Shown in pieces: positions 27,026 to 37,478 of a stretch of 64,000 nt of DNA (position 1 is its first letter; every line of letters starts with the position of its first letter). The notes below the pieces were generated by a model. The model searched no databases, was not told where the DNA came from, and saw only the letters and a list, made by a program, of their open reading frames with translations. The DNA comes from Eledone cirrhosa (taxonomy: Eukaryota): the NCBI GenBank assembly GCA_964016885.1, contig OZ024742.1, positions 37,696,001-37,760,000 on the forward strand. The letters are read 5' to 3'. The translations under genes were made by a program, and so were the position numbers.

Positions 27026-30000
27026 GGACAGGCACAAATGAAATATTGTAAATATTACTTTGATATAAACGAAATTCAAAGAAACAATCAGATACTTTCA
27101 GAGAGATATTGAAAAGTTATCAGATAATTAAATAATTGATACTTTTGGCACAAGGCCAGCAATTATCAGTGCATTACTGGTACTTTATTTTATCGACCCC
27201 GTAAGGATGAAAGGCAAAGTAAACCTCGGCGGGAATGCTCAGATGTTTGGTTTTTCACCATAAAATAAAATGTCTTTGTTAGAATAGTTGAAACATTTTC
27301 TTAGCAGAATATTTACAATTTCAAATTGAAAAATAAATCTGTTAGAGGTGGAGGGTCTAAGTCTGTCTCAAGACAGGAGCCTCATCAAGCTGCTGCTTAT
27401 CCTGATTTCATGGCGTGAAGCAACTGAGAGTACAAGACCCTGGACAGGATGCCAGTTTTGAACCTCACACAGAAAACAAATAGATATGCAAATTAGATTT
27501 TGTCTGTGAAATCTGCAACATGTTCTTACAGTGCTAGCAACGTTTCATAAACACTTTTCCATTTCTAATTGCAGGTTCTTAAAGTTGATGTATTCAGGCA
27601 TTTTATGAAAAATGGAGAAACTCTAGTATTGAGCAGTGATCAAGTATCTGCAGTTGAAATGGACGACCCTAGAAGAGATATGTAAGGATATGCAAGACAC
27701 ATTAGGGGAAGATGCCCCGTCATATGCCAAGGTCAAACGGTGGGTCAATGAATTCAAGCATGGCAAGGAAGGTGTAGATGACCCGAGGTCTGGGAAACCA
27801 TCAACAGTGATCACACCAGAGAACTTTGATCTTATCCTTTGGTCATCTCATCAGATAGCAGACGTTAGGTATCTCCCAGAAGCAAGCCAATAATATTCTC
27901 ATGAACGAGCTTGGTTTGAGAAAGGTGTCGGCATACTAGATTCCACATCTTTTGAGTGAGGAACAAAAGTGCACTCATTGCACCATATCCTCCAACAATT
28001 TTGAAGCTGATCGAGAAGATTTCCTGGCATGATTTATAACCATGAATGAGACCTGGGTCCTTCAGCACCAACCTGAAACAAAAGAGCACTCTAAACAATG
28101 GAAGCACCCATCTTCACCCACCCCGAAGAAGGTCAAAGTCACACAAAAAGGTCATGTCTACCATTTTTCTGGGATGCACAAGAGTGTTGTTGGTGGATTA
28201 TCTTAAAAAAAGGCCACACTATCACCAGACAATACTACACCAACCTGCTTAAATGTCTGCATGAGAACATTAAGAAGAGGCCAGGATTACTGATGAAAGG
28301 GACTTTGTTCCATCATGACAATACTCCAGTCCACACCTTGGTGGTGCAATGGCAACAATCTGTTACAGTGGGTTCCAGCTTGTCCCTCATCCACGCTACA
28401 TGCCAGACCTCATGTCCTCTGACTTCCACCTGTTCCAAAACATGAAAAAGGACATGGCTGGACATCACTATGCCACAGATGATGACGTCATAGATACCGT
28501 GGACACCTACCTGCAAGACCAAGCTAAGGAGTTTGACTTCAGCAGAGTCCAAACACTTCAGCACCGGTGGAAGAAGTGTGTGGACTAAAAAGGGATACTA
28601 TGTTGAAAAATAAAACAAGAAAATATTTATATATGCTATTGTTTCTTGGAGGTTCAAAACTTTTCAGTTGCCCCTCATATAAAGATAAAGGTGCATGGCT
28701 TAGTTACTAGGGTGTTGAGCCCACAATCATAAGGTTGTAAAGCTACGATACTGATGTCAAAGTGTATTGGCTTTTGTCTTTCCCTTGGATACTGGTGGTA
28801 TGGAGAGGAGAGACATGCATGAATGACTGTTGATCTTCCACAAAACACCTTGTTCAGGCTTGTGCCATGGGGAGGAACTTTCCTGGGGTTAACCTACCAT
28901 CAGTCATGACCAAAGGGGGCTTTCTAGGGGATATGCATGTATAATGATAATCATCATCATTTTACGTCCGCTTTTCACTGCTTGCAAGGGTGGAACGGGT
29001 CTTATTAAGCACAGCATCTCTCCACTCATCTCCTCTGTGAACTTCAGCAATCTGAGGTCTGCTCTACCACCCCCACCCATGTTTTTTGTGGTCTTCCTTC
29101 TATTGGGATTTCTTGGCACTTCTTTACTACTATAGGTACAAGGCCAGCAATTTTGGGGGAGGCAAAAGCAATTATCGACCACAGTGCATTACTGGTGCTT
29201 TATTTTATCGAACATGTAAGAATGAAAGTCAAAGCTAACCTCAACGGGATTTGAATTCATAATAATAATAATGCTAACAGAAAAAAGATGGTACAAACAC
29301 ACACCAGAAACAGTGTCAGAGAATGACAGAGCAACCATTGTCTGGTATATGCCAATACATACAGACAGAGAAATCAAGGCCAACCAACCAGATATTATAG
29401 TCAAAGACCACAAAGAAAAAAAAAATGTCTTCTAATAGATGTATCAATCCCCACAGACTATAATATATAAAGATCTAGAGATAGAAATAACTCGAATATG
29501 GAAAATGAAAACAGAAACAATACCTATAATAATAGGTGTTCTAGGAATGATAAAAAAAACACACAGACAAATATATAACTAAAACCCCAGGACTTACAAC
29601 TATATACAGCATACAAAAGATAGCACTACTATGCACTGCACACATATTACGAAAAATACTATCAATACAATAGAAATAACATCAGCAAAAACTACACTAC
29701 TCATACCCAAGGCACACAGAGCTGTGCTTGGTAAATCAGTAATGATGCACAATAAAAATAATAATGGAAATAATTGTTTCTACTTTTGGCACAAGGCCAG
29801 CAATTACTCAGTACATTACTGGTACTTTATTTTATCGACCCCGTAAGTATGAAAGGCAAAGTTAACCTCGGCGGGATTTGAACTCGGACTGTAAAGGGAC
29901 GTAACTATGCTGGAAAGCATGGCGTCCAACTCTCTACCGATACTGCCAATCCACTGCCCTTCATATAATAATTGTTTCTACTTTTGGCACAGGGCCAGCA

Positions 30001-32716
30001 ATTATCCCAGGGCATTACTGGTACTTTATTTTATCAACCTCGTAAGGATGAAAGGTAAAGTTAACCTTGGCGGGATTTGAACTCAGATCATAAAGGGAGG
30101 TAACTCTATGCTTCAAAGCATGGCGCCCGACCCTCTACCGATACTGCCAATCCACCGCCCTTAATAATGGAAATAATAATAATAATTGTTTTTACATTTA
30201 GAAAATTTGAAGGGAAGGGGAAAGTTGATTAAATCAACCCCTGTGTGCTACTGGTACTTTATATATTTAATGACTCTAGAAGGATGAAAGGCAAAGTTGA
30301 CCTCAGAACGTAAAGAGCTGAAATAAATACTGTTAGGCATTTGTCTGATGCTTTATTGATTCTGCCAATCCAACACTCTCAAGTGTGCAGTAGTAGTAGT
30401 AGTAGTAGTAACGATAATAATGGGTTCTTAATTTTTTATTTTGATATTTATAATAATAATAATAAAAAGAATAGAATAATAAGAAGAAAAAGAAGAAGAA
30501 TTGAACAATACCAGTAACAACATCAAGAGGAATGATATTAATGATGATGATAAGAATAATAACAACAACAATAATAATAATACTAATAATAATTTAAGAA
30601 ATAAAAATAGCATAAATAAAGCAACAATAGAGATAACAGTAAGGAAACTTTCTTTTGAATGTGTTACTATTTACCTGAATTGCCCAGAAAAAATGCTGAA
30701 ATGTGAGAAATATTTTTCTTTATAGAATTTCTACAACTTGAGATATAAAGATTGATTTATAATTTTTGCCTTCAAAACTAAACATTCCGCTAAGTTTGGT
30801 AGCATGTAGAAGAGAAATATATTTATTTTGCCGCAAAGAAATAAACAGGCTAATAAGTAATTTGTAATAACCAGTCAGAGGTAACATCTTATAGACATAG
30901 ATACAGAATGATGTAATTTATATATATTCATGTTGCTCCAGTTCACTCAGCTGTAGAAATGAGTTGCGATGTCAATGGTGTCAAGCTGCATTGGCTTTTG
31001 CCTTTCTCTTAGACAACATTGGTGGCATGTAGAGGGGAGACTGGTATACACAGGTGACTGCTCGTCTTCCACAAAAAGTCCTTGGCCAGTCATGTGCCTG
31101 ACGGGGGTCTTTACTCTTCATATATATACATATATCTTCATTTTATATAGAAATGTCCTCTACAGGACTACAATTGTTTCATTCATATGAAATCATTAGG
31201 AAAGTCGGATAAAATTGGTTAGTATCATTATTTATAGTTTACATAACACACACAGCACAATCTATACAATCACCACCCAATAAAATAACACAACCACACA
31301 CATATTTCTCCAAAATCTTTCCATCATAATTATATCTAAGAAGCTTTGTTAAGTTATGTTCCAAGCACTTGAGTCATAATGGGAAAATTATTTTACTAAA
31401 TTTTTCCAAAATCTTTTGAAAATCTTCAGCAGTTTCTTTCTTTAGAAAGAGAGTAATGAAAGAGTTAATATGTATTTGCAATGAAAATGGCTATAAACTA
31501 TAAATTATATTGCTAATTTTCTTTTGTTTATTTTTTACAGAAAATTCAAGAAGTAGAAGACTATTAAAAAAAAACAATTATTACACATTAGCTATGTCAA
31601 AACAACCATGAACATGAAATATGATCCTTTACATTTGATATGTTACTCTATAGTACATATCCCTGTAAAACAGAGGATGTTGGGTGTTCTTTTTATAAAT
31701 AGTTAACAGCAATAAAAACAATAACACTCACTTTTTCTGTTGAATTTGATATTTCTTCACAACTGTTTGATCGAACCAAGGTTCCCGATCTTTGATCTAA
31801 TTCAACACTGCCTAAAGCAGGAGACACTGGACTAATTGGAGCCTTGTCTTGACTGTAGGATCTTTGTTTTACTGCTGAATTGCCTTTCAATCAAAAATAA
31901 AAATAAAAATAAAAATAAAAATAAAAATAAAAATAAAAATAAAAATAAAAATAAAAATAAAAATAAAAATAAAAATAAAAATAAAAATAAAAATAAAAAT
32001 AAAAATAAAAATAAAAATAAAAATAAAAATAAAAATAAAAATAAAAATAAAAATAAAAATATTTTAATTTCTATAAGAATAAATTTTTAATGTTTTAAAA
32101 CGTATTAGAAAGAATGTTACAAACATCTGTTATAATTTCTCTGACAAGTCTTGCTGTTGTAATAACAGCATTCACAGTATAAAGAATGCAATTTTTTGTA
32201 AAGTGTTTCATCTTCTGTATGCATATATGTATGTAGTGGCCAATGGTTACATCTGTTTGGGCTTTTAAAATTTTTTTATTTTCATTTGCACAGAAGATAA
32301 TTAAGATACCAAGCAACCTGAAACTGCTTCTGGTTCCGTAATACAAAAAATATTTTTAAATGTTTATATTTATCTTAAAAACCTTCCATCAAAATTTTAT
32401 GCAAGAATCTTTGTTCCAAACACCCACTTAATGAGAAATTTAGTTATATTACAAAATCCCTACAAAGAAGAAAATACAGTAATTTTAGCACATCATCTCC
32501 CACCATCTGCTAAAGACTCTAACTCAACAGGGAGTGAATCTAATTCATTAAAATATCAAACAAACTATAGCTATGAAACTGGATGGAAAGATATAATAGT
32601 CTCTTTACTGGGTATTTTAGAAAAACTGTAGACTTTGTCACCAAGATTGGGGCATCATCTTGTATTGCTGTGATACAACTATATCCGGGTTTGTGTATAT
32701 GCATGTATGTGAGTGT

Positions 32717-32747
<31 letters not shown>

Positions 32748-35700
32748 CATCACGTTTTTTAGAATAATGTTTTAAGAGATGACTAAAAGAGTTGGTATTA
32801 GGAGAAGGCATCCAGCTATAAAACATCAGCATCATTATTTTCAACATCCACATTCCCTGCTAACATGGATAGGGCATGTCATCACAAACCAGTCAGTACT
32901 GAACTGGAGCCACTGCTCTTTCAGAAGTGCTAGGGGTCTGTCACTGCCTATATAAGTCATCTTTAAACCCATGCCAGCATGGAAAAGCAGATAGAAGATG
33001 ATGATAATGACGAAGAGAAGAGTAATCAGGTAAATTGCCCATACCTCTTTAATTAATTATATTTCCTAATTAACTGTATTCCAGAATGAAGTTCTAAGAT
33101 TTAACTCGTTTACAATTGTGTTTCTAATGAAAAATTACTAAAATTATTAATTCATTCATTATTAAGATAGTATATATAGGGCAGTGAATTGGCAGAGTTC
33201 TTAAAGCATTGGACAAATGTGCAGCAGTTTTCCAGCTCTTTATGTTCTGAGTTCAAATCTTGCTGAGGTCAACTTTGCCTTTCATCCTATTGGGGTTGAT
33301 AAAATAAAGTACCAGTCAAATACAGATGTTAATATAATCGACTTCCTCTTCCTCTAAATTGCTGGCCTTGTGCCCAAATAAGAAACAACTAATAAGATAG
33401 CATAGCAAAATGTTTTTATAGAAAATGATGTTTGAAACTTTTAATTTAAATAGAAAACCATTTAATATGGATGTGTGAGGAGCGCGATGCTGCATGGTAG
33501 TGAGACATGGGCAGCAACTGCAGAGGATATGCGACAGCTGTAGAGAAATGAGGCAAGCATGCTCCGTTGGATGTGCAGTGTAAATGTGCGTGAACGACCC
33601 AGCATGAATGTGTTGAGAGAGAAACTGTGTCTGAGAGGGATAGAATGTAGTGTACGGGAGAGGAGACTGAGGTGGTATGGACATGTGATGCGCATAGAGG
33701 ATGACCGATGGGTGAAGAAGTGCCAGGAAATGCCAGTTGAAAGAAGACGTGGTAGAGGTAGACCACGAAAAACATGGGCGGAGGTGGTGAGAGCAGACCT
33801 CAGATCGTTGAAGCTCACAGTGGAGATGACGAAGGACCGTGACAAGTGGAGAGATGCTGTGCTGAATAAGATCCATCCCACCCTGGCAAGCAGGGAAGAG
33901 CGGACGTAAAATTATGATGATGATGATGATGATGTATTTGTTTAATAGAATCAGGACTGGTTTTAAGTGGATTGGTACCAAAAGGATTAACAATTTTTAA
34001 GCCTGTCCTAAGTTCAGAGGCATATTAGACCAGAGCTTATCCTAATTTCCCTTGTGTGAACTTCTACCACATGAAACCACATTAGCAACACATTCTTGAA
34101 AAGTACAAAACAAAACAATGATTGTATCACATGAAAAATTAAAGTCTTTATTCTAATACTGTAAAAACAGTTTGATGATGATCTATCCATCAATAAAGAT
34201 GAAATTATTGTGTACAGTGCTCAGGTGCACTACAACTCATCAAAGGTGCATGTATAGCACATAGAATAATGTACAAATGTCAGGAAAGTGAACAGATACA
34301 TGCATACGTGTATATGGATGCAAAATATCAGGTGTAGTGTTGGTGAATTTCGGGAAGCAGGGAGATTTTGAAGGATGCAGTATCCCAACAGCTAAAAACT
34401 GATGCAGATAGTTTGTTCCATGCATCGCTCAAGGACAAGCTGTACTGCCTGGTTTGGGATATGAAACCATAACTTCATGATCGTGAGGCAAATACCCTAA
34501 GCACTAAGCCACATGTTTACATTCACACAAGAAAAAATATAAAATAAATGTAGTGAAAATATACCTGGTGTACTTGTGGCACTGGGGCCAGATAAGTGTT
34601 TGTCTTTTGAATCATCAGACTGTAAGCAAATAAAAAAGAAATGTATAAATCTTTAAAGAATCTAAAACTTTTATAGATGATACATACTGTAAAGTAGTTG
34701 GCCTCAGGAAGGGTATCCAGCCAGAGAAACCAAGCCAAAAATGGAGTGTAAAGCAATATATAGTCACCTGACCAGTGCAGCCTCAGTATGTGACAACCCA
34801 TCTAACTCATGCAAGCATTAAACAATGATGACGACAATAGATTTATATTGATTTATTACACAAAATATTGATTTCACATATCTAAGTTAGTTATATTCAA
34901 ATAAAATTTAAATTTCATTTATTTGAAAAAAATTTATTTAATTTTAAGATGAATTAATTTTAGACAGTATATTAAATGTTGCTTAGATGAAGTGTTAAAA
35001 CATTCTTGTGAACTATTGATCATTGTCATTTCTAAAATAGTAAACTAATTTAAATATTGGGTGCTTTCAGAGATAGCAAAATTTTGAGTGTTTGATTTTC
35101 ACAAAGGAAATGAAATATTTTCTATTTTGGAATAAAAGAAAAATTATGAGAAATATAGAAAAAGTTTCCGTGTGAATATACTTAGTTTAGAATAGGTACA
35201 CCATGTCTGTGTGTTTTATAAAAGGTGATTAAAATGGTTGGCACTAGGAAGGGAATTCGTCCATAAAACATTGCTTCAAAAAGAACCCTATAATGAGTAT
35301 GACACTTTTCATGGGTCCCACAAGGATAACCCCTGCTTAAGCAGGGAATAAATGATTGTCCAAATTTGCAGACCACATCATTATGAGGTTGCATCTTATA
35401 GGAAGTTTCTTGTGTGTTTTAATGATAGAGGCCCCAGTTTTATCACGAAAAGCAATGTGAAACAAAGTGTCTTGTGCCACCCAGTCCAGGGATCGAACAC
35501 ACAAGCTTATGATTTTGAGTCTAACAGCCTGACCACTAGGCTATGTGCTTTGACTCTTAAAATACTTACTGCATAGTTTGACAATAAATAGATGCAAAAT
35601 ATTTTAAGATAGAGGTGGAATGGGAGAAAAACATTGCTCAATGTGACAATGATAATAGAAATTGTATTAATTGGAAAATATAAACAATTACAAACCTTTG

Positions 35701-37478
35701 TTCCATCAACTGTATCTTTTCCTCCACTTCCAGTTGAGGGAGACATAGATGATGTCGTAGAGCTGGTATCATCTTCAAAGTTAGCCATGAGATCTTCCAG
35801 AGCTATAACAACAACATCAATTACAATAATTTACAAAAGCAAAAAATTAATAATAATAGCATGCACCCGATACATTTTATATATAAATTGGTAATGTCAT
35901 ACTACAATAAAATGCACCCAGTACATCATCATCATCATTGTCATTTAACGTCTATTACTCACTGTAAACCAGTAATGCTGGTGTCATGATGAAATGTACC
36001 CAGTACATTCTACTAAGTGGTAGTGCCATTGTCATGATAAAATACATCAAGTACACTCTGAAGAGTGGTAGTGCTGGTGATAGGATAAAATGCAATCAGT
36101 ACACACATTTACATAATTCCCACACACAGAATGCACCAGGTACATTTTATCATAGCGCCAGCACTAGGCAGATTGTCATGTCTTTGCAACAAATGAAGAA
36201 TCCACCTAAACTTATATCAGCATGAAAGGTGGATGTAAAATGATGATGATGATTCCCCCATTTGTTTTCAGTTACTCTCTGTGAGACTATAAACTCAAAG
36301 TTTGTCCACTTTAGGATGTCATATTCCCATCATTTTTACCTGTCCCACACTATGCCATGCAGGATGCTTTTGGTAAGGTCAAACTTTCTGAAGATGTGGC
36401 CATACCATTTCAGTTCCCCCGCTTTGCTCTATTATTTCCTAAGGGGATCATTTCAATCTTGGAGTAAAGTTTGTATGTTTTTTCTGGCTTTATCTCTTTT
36501 ATTACAGATTCAGGATTTATCCCTTATTTACACCAGACACTATTACATAATCAGCGAGAGAAAGATCATCATTATCATCATCATCATCATCATCATCATC
36601 TTTGTTTAACGTCCATTTTCCATGCTAGCATGGGTTAGACGGGAGTTGTCCCACTTGAGGCAAGGCTGGTTGAGTGACCATGTCTCGCTCATATAGGACT
36701 ATCTGGCAGGTTTTCTATGGCTGGATGCCCTTCCTAACACCAACCACATTTACAGTGTGGAACTGGGAACTTTTTACCGTGTTACCTACATGGCCACATT
36801 ACAGCGTGGACTGTGTGTGTTTTTTTGTTGTGGCACCTACACAAACTCGATCTCATTTTCTCGTGCTGTTGGCGGGAGTGGGAGGATAGGGTAGGGGTAG
36901 TAGATTGGGGTGTATATTTGGTTAAGAGGTGCCTACTGACTGTAGGTTTCGCTTTGTACATAGGCAAGGCGGGTCTTCTGTATTACTGCGTAGCGCCAAA
37001 GATCTCGGTCCAGAGACATTGTCTTAGAGAGATGTAAGTGTGTGAGGTCGGAATTTATCAGATCATCCCAGGTTTTTCTGGGTCTACCTACTCCGTAACT
37101 ACCATCAATTTTGATCGCCCTGCACTTTTTTATGTAGCTGTCGTCTTTCATGCGCATCACGTGACCATACCAACGTAGTCTTCTCTCAAGTAAACAGCAT
37201 CTGATCCCTCTTAAAGATAGTGTCTATAATTCTTTTCAAGGCCTCCAAGACTAGTGAAACTGAGGGAGGAAGGTATCTTCAAACCAGACACCTGGTCTGA
37301 ATGCTTGCAACAGAGTGGACTCTGCAAAAAGCACTCAACAGACAAAAAGTGACATTAAACATTACATTCAACTAGACATTTCATTTCCCTTACCTTTCCT
37401 TCCTTGAGCCTGTATGAGCATTTCTTCAATTTTCTTATAGCGCCGTAATAATTTCCCATAGTCTTCTAATCGTCGGTC
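1778..37478 (-). CDS. PPFIBP1: Liprin-beta (PPFIBP1/2-like) partial multi-exon gene; join(37478-37394,35802-35696,34619-34565,31883-31732,21731-21566,13935-13818,7666-7547,1928-1778)
   Basis: Eight GT-AG exons with consistent intron phases (1,0,1,0,1,2,2) give a stop-free 318-aa frame. Segments DRRLEDYGKLLRRYKKIEEMLIQAQGRK, KRSCSAPNLAQSE, KGFKRFIGRLKRSSS, EFRRGGIRATAGARLAWS and PFESWDNERVVSWL...GEQLLNATQHDLEK match, in order, the vertebrate liprin-beta motifs as I recall them. The symbol is given for the family; an invertebrate gene would be co-orthologous to PPFIBP1/2. Confidence 0.9.
2191..2419. mobile_element. piggyBac-type MITE
   Basis: TTAA|CCCTTTAGCATTTA ... TAAATGCTAAAGGG|TTAA: 14-bp TIR with TTAA target duplication. 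Family copies at 38666-38861, 49255-49461 and about 51300-51474. Confidence 0.85.
2452..2850 (-). mobile_element. Two tandem tRNA-derived SINEs (Meta-core-like family, (ATT)n tail)
   Basis: The minus strand shows B box GAGTTCAAATCC, core ctttcatccttatggggtcgataaaataaagtaccag and tail ctggccttgtgccaaaagtagaaacaattatt. About 20 copies occur in the window. Confidence 0.8.
2860..4530 (-). mobile_element. L1/Tx1-clade LINE remnant with internal deletion
   Basis: The minus strand encodes an APE-endonuclease start (VNTRDL...LNIDVVAISETR), then post-RT FRFLWKG and QHPLHGGLGM, then the C-terminal CCHC CPRCSQTDKTVLHALVQCP. The RT core is missing and there are many stops. Confidence 0.75.
5406..5665 (+). 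mobile_element. Second piggyBac-like MITE family (ttaaccctttcattaccatatttc...)
   Basis: Starts TTAA|CCCTTT. Homologous decayed copies at about 13260-13480, 14000-14190, 17870-18030, 31310-31468, 38981-39454, 46941-47178, 47330-47510 and 55965-57500 (interrupted). Confidence 0.65.
7547..7666 (-). CDS. PPFIBP1: Liprin-beta exon: LKRSSSQDFDGDMNEEFRRGGIRATAGARLAWSKDLKIN(H)
   Basis: ttctgtttcag|A acceptor, CCA|gtaagt donor; 120 nt, phase 2 to 2; diagnostic EFxRGGxRATAGxRLxWS motif. Confidence 0.92.
8014..8188. mobile_element. Foldback MITE with ~68-bp imperfect terminal inverted repeats
   Basis: attttaaaagtgtgttagctta...actataaagtagttgaataag pairs with cttattcaactattttatagt...taagctaacacactttcaaaat. 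Confidence 0.7.
13818..13935 (-). CDS. PPFIBP1: Liprin-beta exon: (A)QSEVATDDEDGTGRHSNVRNRLHHTDSGRWKGFKRFIG(R)
   Basis: ttttatctcctccag|CA acceptor, CAG|gtaaaa donor; 118 nt, phase 1 to 2. Not in the ORF track; read directly from the sequence. Confidence 0.87.
15791..15796 (-). CDS. Candidate 6-nt alternative microexon (GTGGGG; adds Gly-Gly after SAPNL)
   Basis: tttccttttgcaatatttaaag|GTGGGG|gtaaaag; frame-preserving in a phase-1 intron; TGC at -14. No transcript evidence. Confidence 0.4.
15922..16008. mobile_element. Tc1/mariner-type MITE
   Basis: TA|CAGGGTGTCC...caaaatgtatacacactt / aagtgtgtatacattttg...GGACACCCTG|TA; TA target duplication. Confidence 0.8.
20553..20930 (+). mobile_element. 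RTE-tailed short element with five internal ~46-bp tandem units
   Basis: Repeated agtgc.g.tgcca.gataaaatgcacc.agtacact.tgtaaagtgg units, then tggttggc.ttaggaagggcatc...ccatgc.agcat.gaaaa...(gat)n. Relatives at 1-220, 16020-16240(-), 16830-17097, 34680-34835 and 35970-36250. Confidence 0.6.
21566..21731 (-). CDS. PPFIBP1: Liprin-beta exon: TPPITKKKDAPYGYGTLPKDRHKDEEKGKLRVFPTLGKTLLRMKTGKRSCSAPNL
   Basis: tctttatacag|ACG acceptor, TAG|gtgaaa donor; 166 nt, phase 0 to 1. Contains the GTLP and KRxxSAPNL motifs of liprin-beta. Confidence 0.88.
24393..24687 (+). mobile_element. LTR (~280 bp, TGT...ACA) followed by a primer-binding site; Ty3/gypsy-like remnant
   Basis: GC-richer block tgtagtaagac...gtcccgtcaca (24393-24672), then t-TGGTGACCCACGAC, resembling the complement of a tRNA-Trp 3' end (TGGTGACCCCGAC). 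No internal coding region follows. Confidence 0.6.
25085..26470 (-). mobile_element. RTE-clade LINE, 5'-truncated: RT C-terminal half with inserted PHD finger, 3' UTR and (GAT)n tail
   Basis: PWELLYADDL, GLKINLAKTK, FRYLG, MLHGSETW, RRLHWYGHVMRM and GRPRKTW motifs. Single frameshift at a C13 run (25967-25979). Tail ...ggacgttaaac(gat)n. Confidence 0.9.
26943..27022. repeat. (GA)n microsatellite
   Basis: About 40 GA units with one interruption. Confidence 0.95.
27454..28679 (+). mobile_element. Mariner (DD34D) transposon, decayed transposase pseudogene
   Basis: AVIKYL...LGEDAPSYAKVKRWVNEFKHG...DDPRSGKP (HTH region), NETWV, FHHDNTPVHT, YMPDLMSSDFHLF and L.HRWKKCV. Right TIR gaggttcaaaacttttcagttgcccctca|TA; only the inner 13 bp (agttttgaacctc) of the left TIR survive. 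Multiple frameshifts and stops. Confidence 0.9.
29271..29765 (+). mobile_element. R4/Dong-clade non-LTR retrotransposon 3' fragment (restriction-like endonuclease)
   Basis: Across frameshifts: WYKHTPETVSENDRATIVW.MPIHTDREIKANQPDIIVKD...CLLIDVSIP...YKDLEIEITRIWKMKTETIPIIIGVLG. Flanked by (TAA)n on both sides. Confidence 0.8.
29775..30380 (-). mobile_element. Three tandem tRNA-derived SINE copies
   Basis: A box TGGCAGTATCGG and B box GAGTTCAAATCC on the minus strand. aataatggaaataat is duplicated at 29760 and 30163, around the first two copies. Confidence 0.85.
31732..31883 (-). CDS. PPFIBP1: Liprin-beta exon: (G)NSAVKQRSYSQDKAPISPVSPALGSVELDQRSGTLVRSNSCEEISNSTEK
   Basis: (TTTTTA)n-ttgattgaaag|GC acceptor (in-phase alternatives 9 and 12 nt downstream), AAA|gtgagt donor; 152 nt, phase 1 to 0. 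Confidence 0.8.
31893..32060. repeat. (AAAAAT)28 perfect hexanucleotide repeat
   Basis: 168 bp uninterrupted; adjoins the splice acceptor at 31884-31885. Confidence 0.97.
33467..33933 (+). mobile_element. RTE-clade LINE 3' fragment (short-3'UTR subfamily)
   Basis: MLHGSETW...MLRWMC...RRLRWYGHVMR...RGRGRPRKTW; ends ggacgtaaaattat(gat)n immediately after the ORF. Confidence 0.88.
34199..34424 (-). mobile_element. CR1-clade LINE 3' end fragment
   Basis: Homologous to 1105-1345 and 41005-41375. Confidence 0.8.
34565..34619 (-). CDS. PPFIBP1: Liprin-beta exon: SDDSKDKHLSGPSATSTP(G)
   Basis: ttttttatttgcttacag|TCT acceptor, CAG|gtatat donor; 55 nt, phase 0 to 1. Needed to reconcile the phases of the flanking exons. 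Confidence 0.8.
35696..35802 (-). CDS. PPFIBP1: Liprin-beta exon: (A)LEDLMANFEDDTSSTTSSMSPSTGSGGKDTVDGTK
   Basis: gttatag|CT acceptor, AAG|gtttgt donor; 107 nt, phase 1 to 0; Ser/Thr-rich linker. Confidence 0.82.
36575..37212 (-). mobile_element. RTE-clade LINE 3' fragment (long-3'UTR subfamily)
   Basis: Closely similar to 25085-25690 (LRWYGHVMRMKDD...GRPRKTWDDLI plus 3' UTR). Confidence 0.88.
37394..37478 (-). CDS. PPFIBP1: Liprin-beta exon (end of coiled coil): DRRLEDYGKLLRRYKKIEEMLIQAQGRK
   Basis: ttcaaccag|GAC acceptor, AAG|gtaagg donor; 85 nt, phase 0 to 1. Resembles liprin-beta DRKIEDL...RYKK...AQGKK. Confidence 0.88.

Noticed and set aside
27611-28610. Functional or domesticated (SETMAR-like) transposase
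   Set aside because: Multiple stops and frameshifts, the first catalytic Asp reads Asn, no SET domain, and the left TIR is truncated.
29880-29960. tRNA gene suggested by A/B boxes
   Set aside because: It is the head of a multi-copy SINE; no complete cloverleaf is visible.
31836-32090. ORF with a long (NK)n tract
   Set aside because: It is the translation of the AAAAAT microsatellite, antisense to the real exon.
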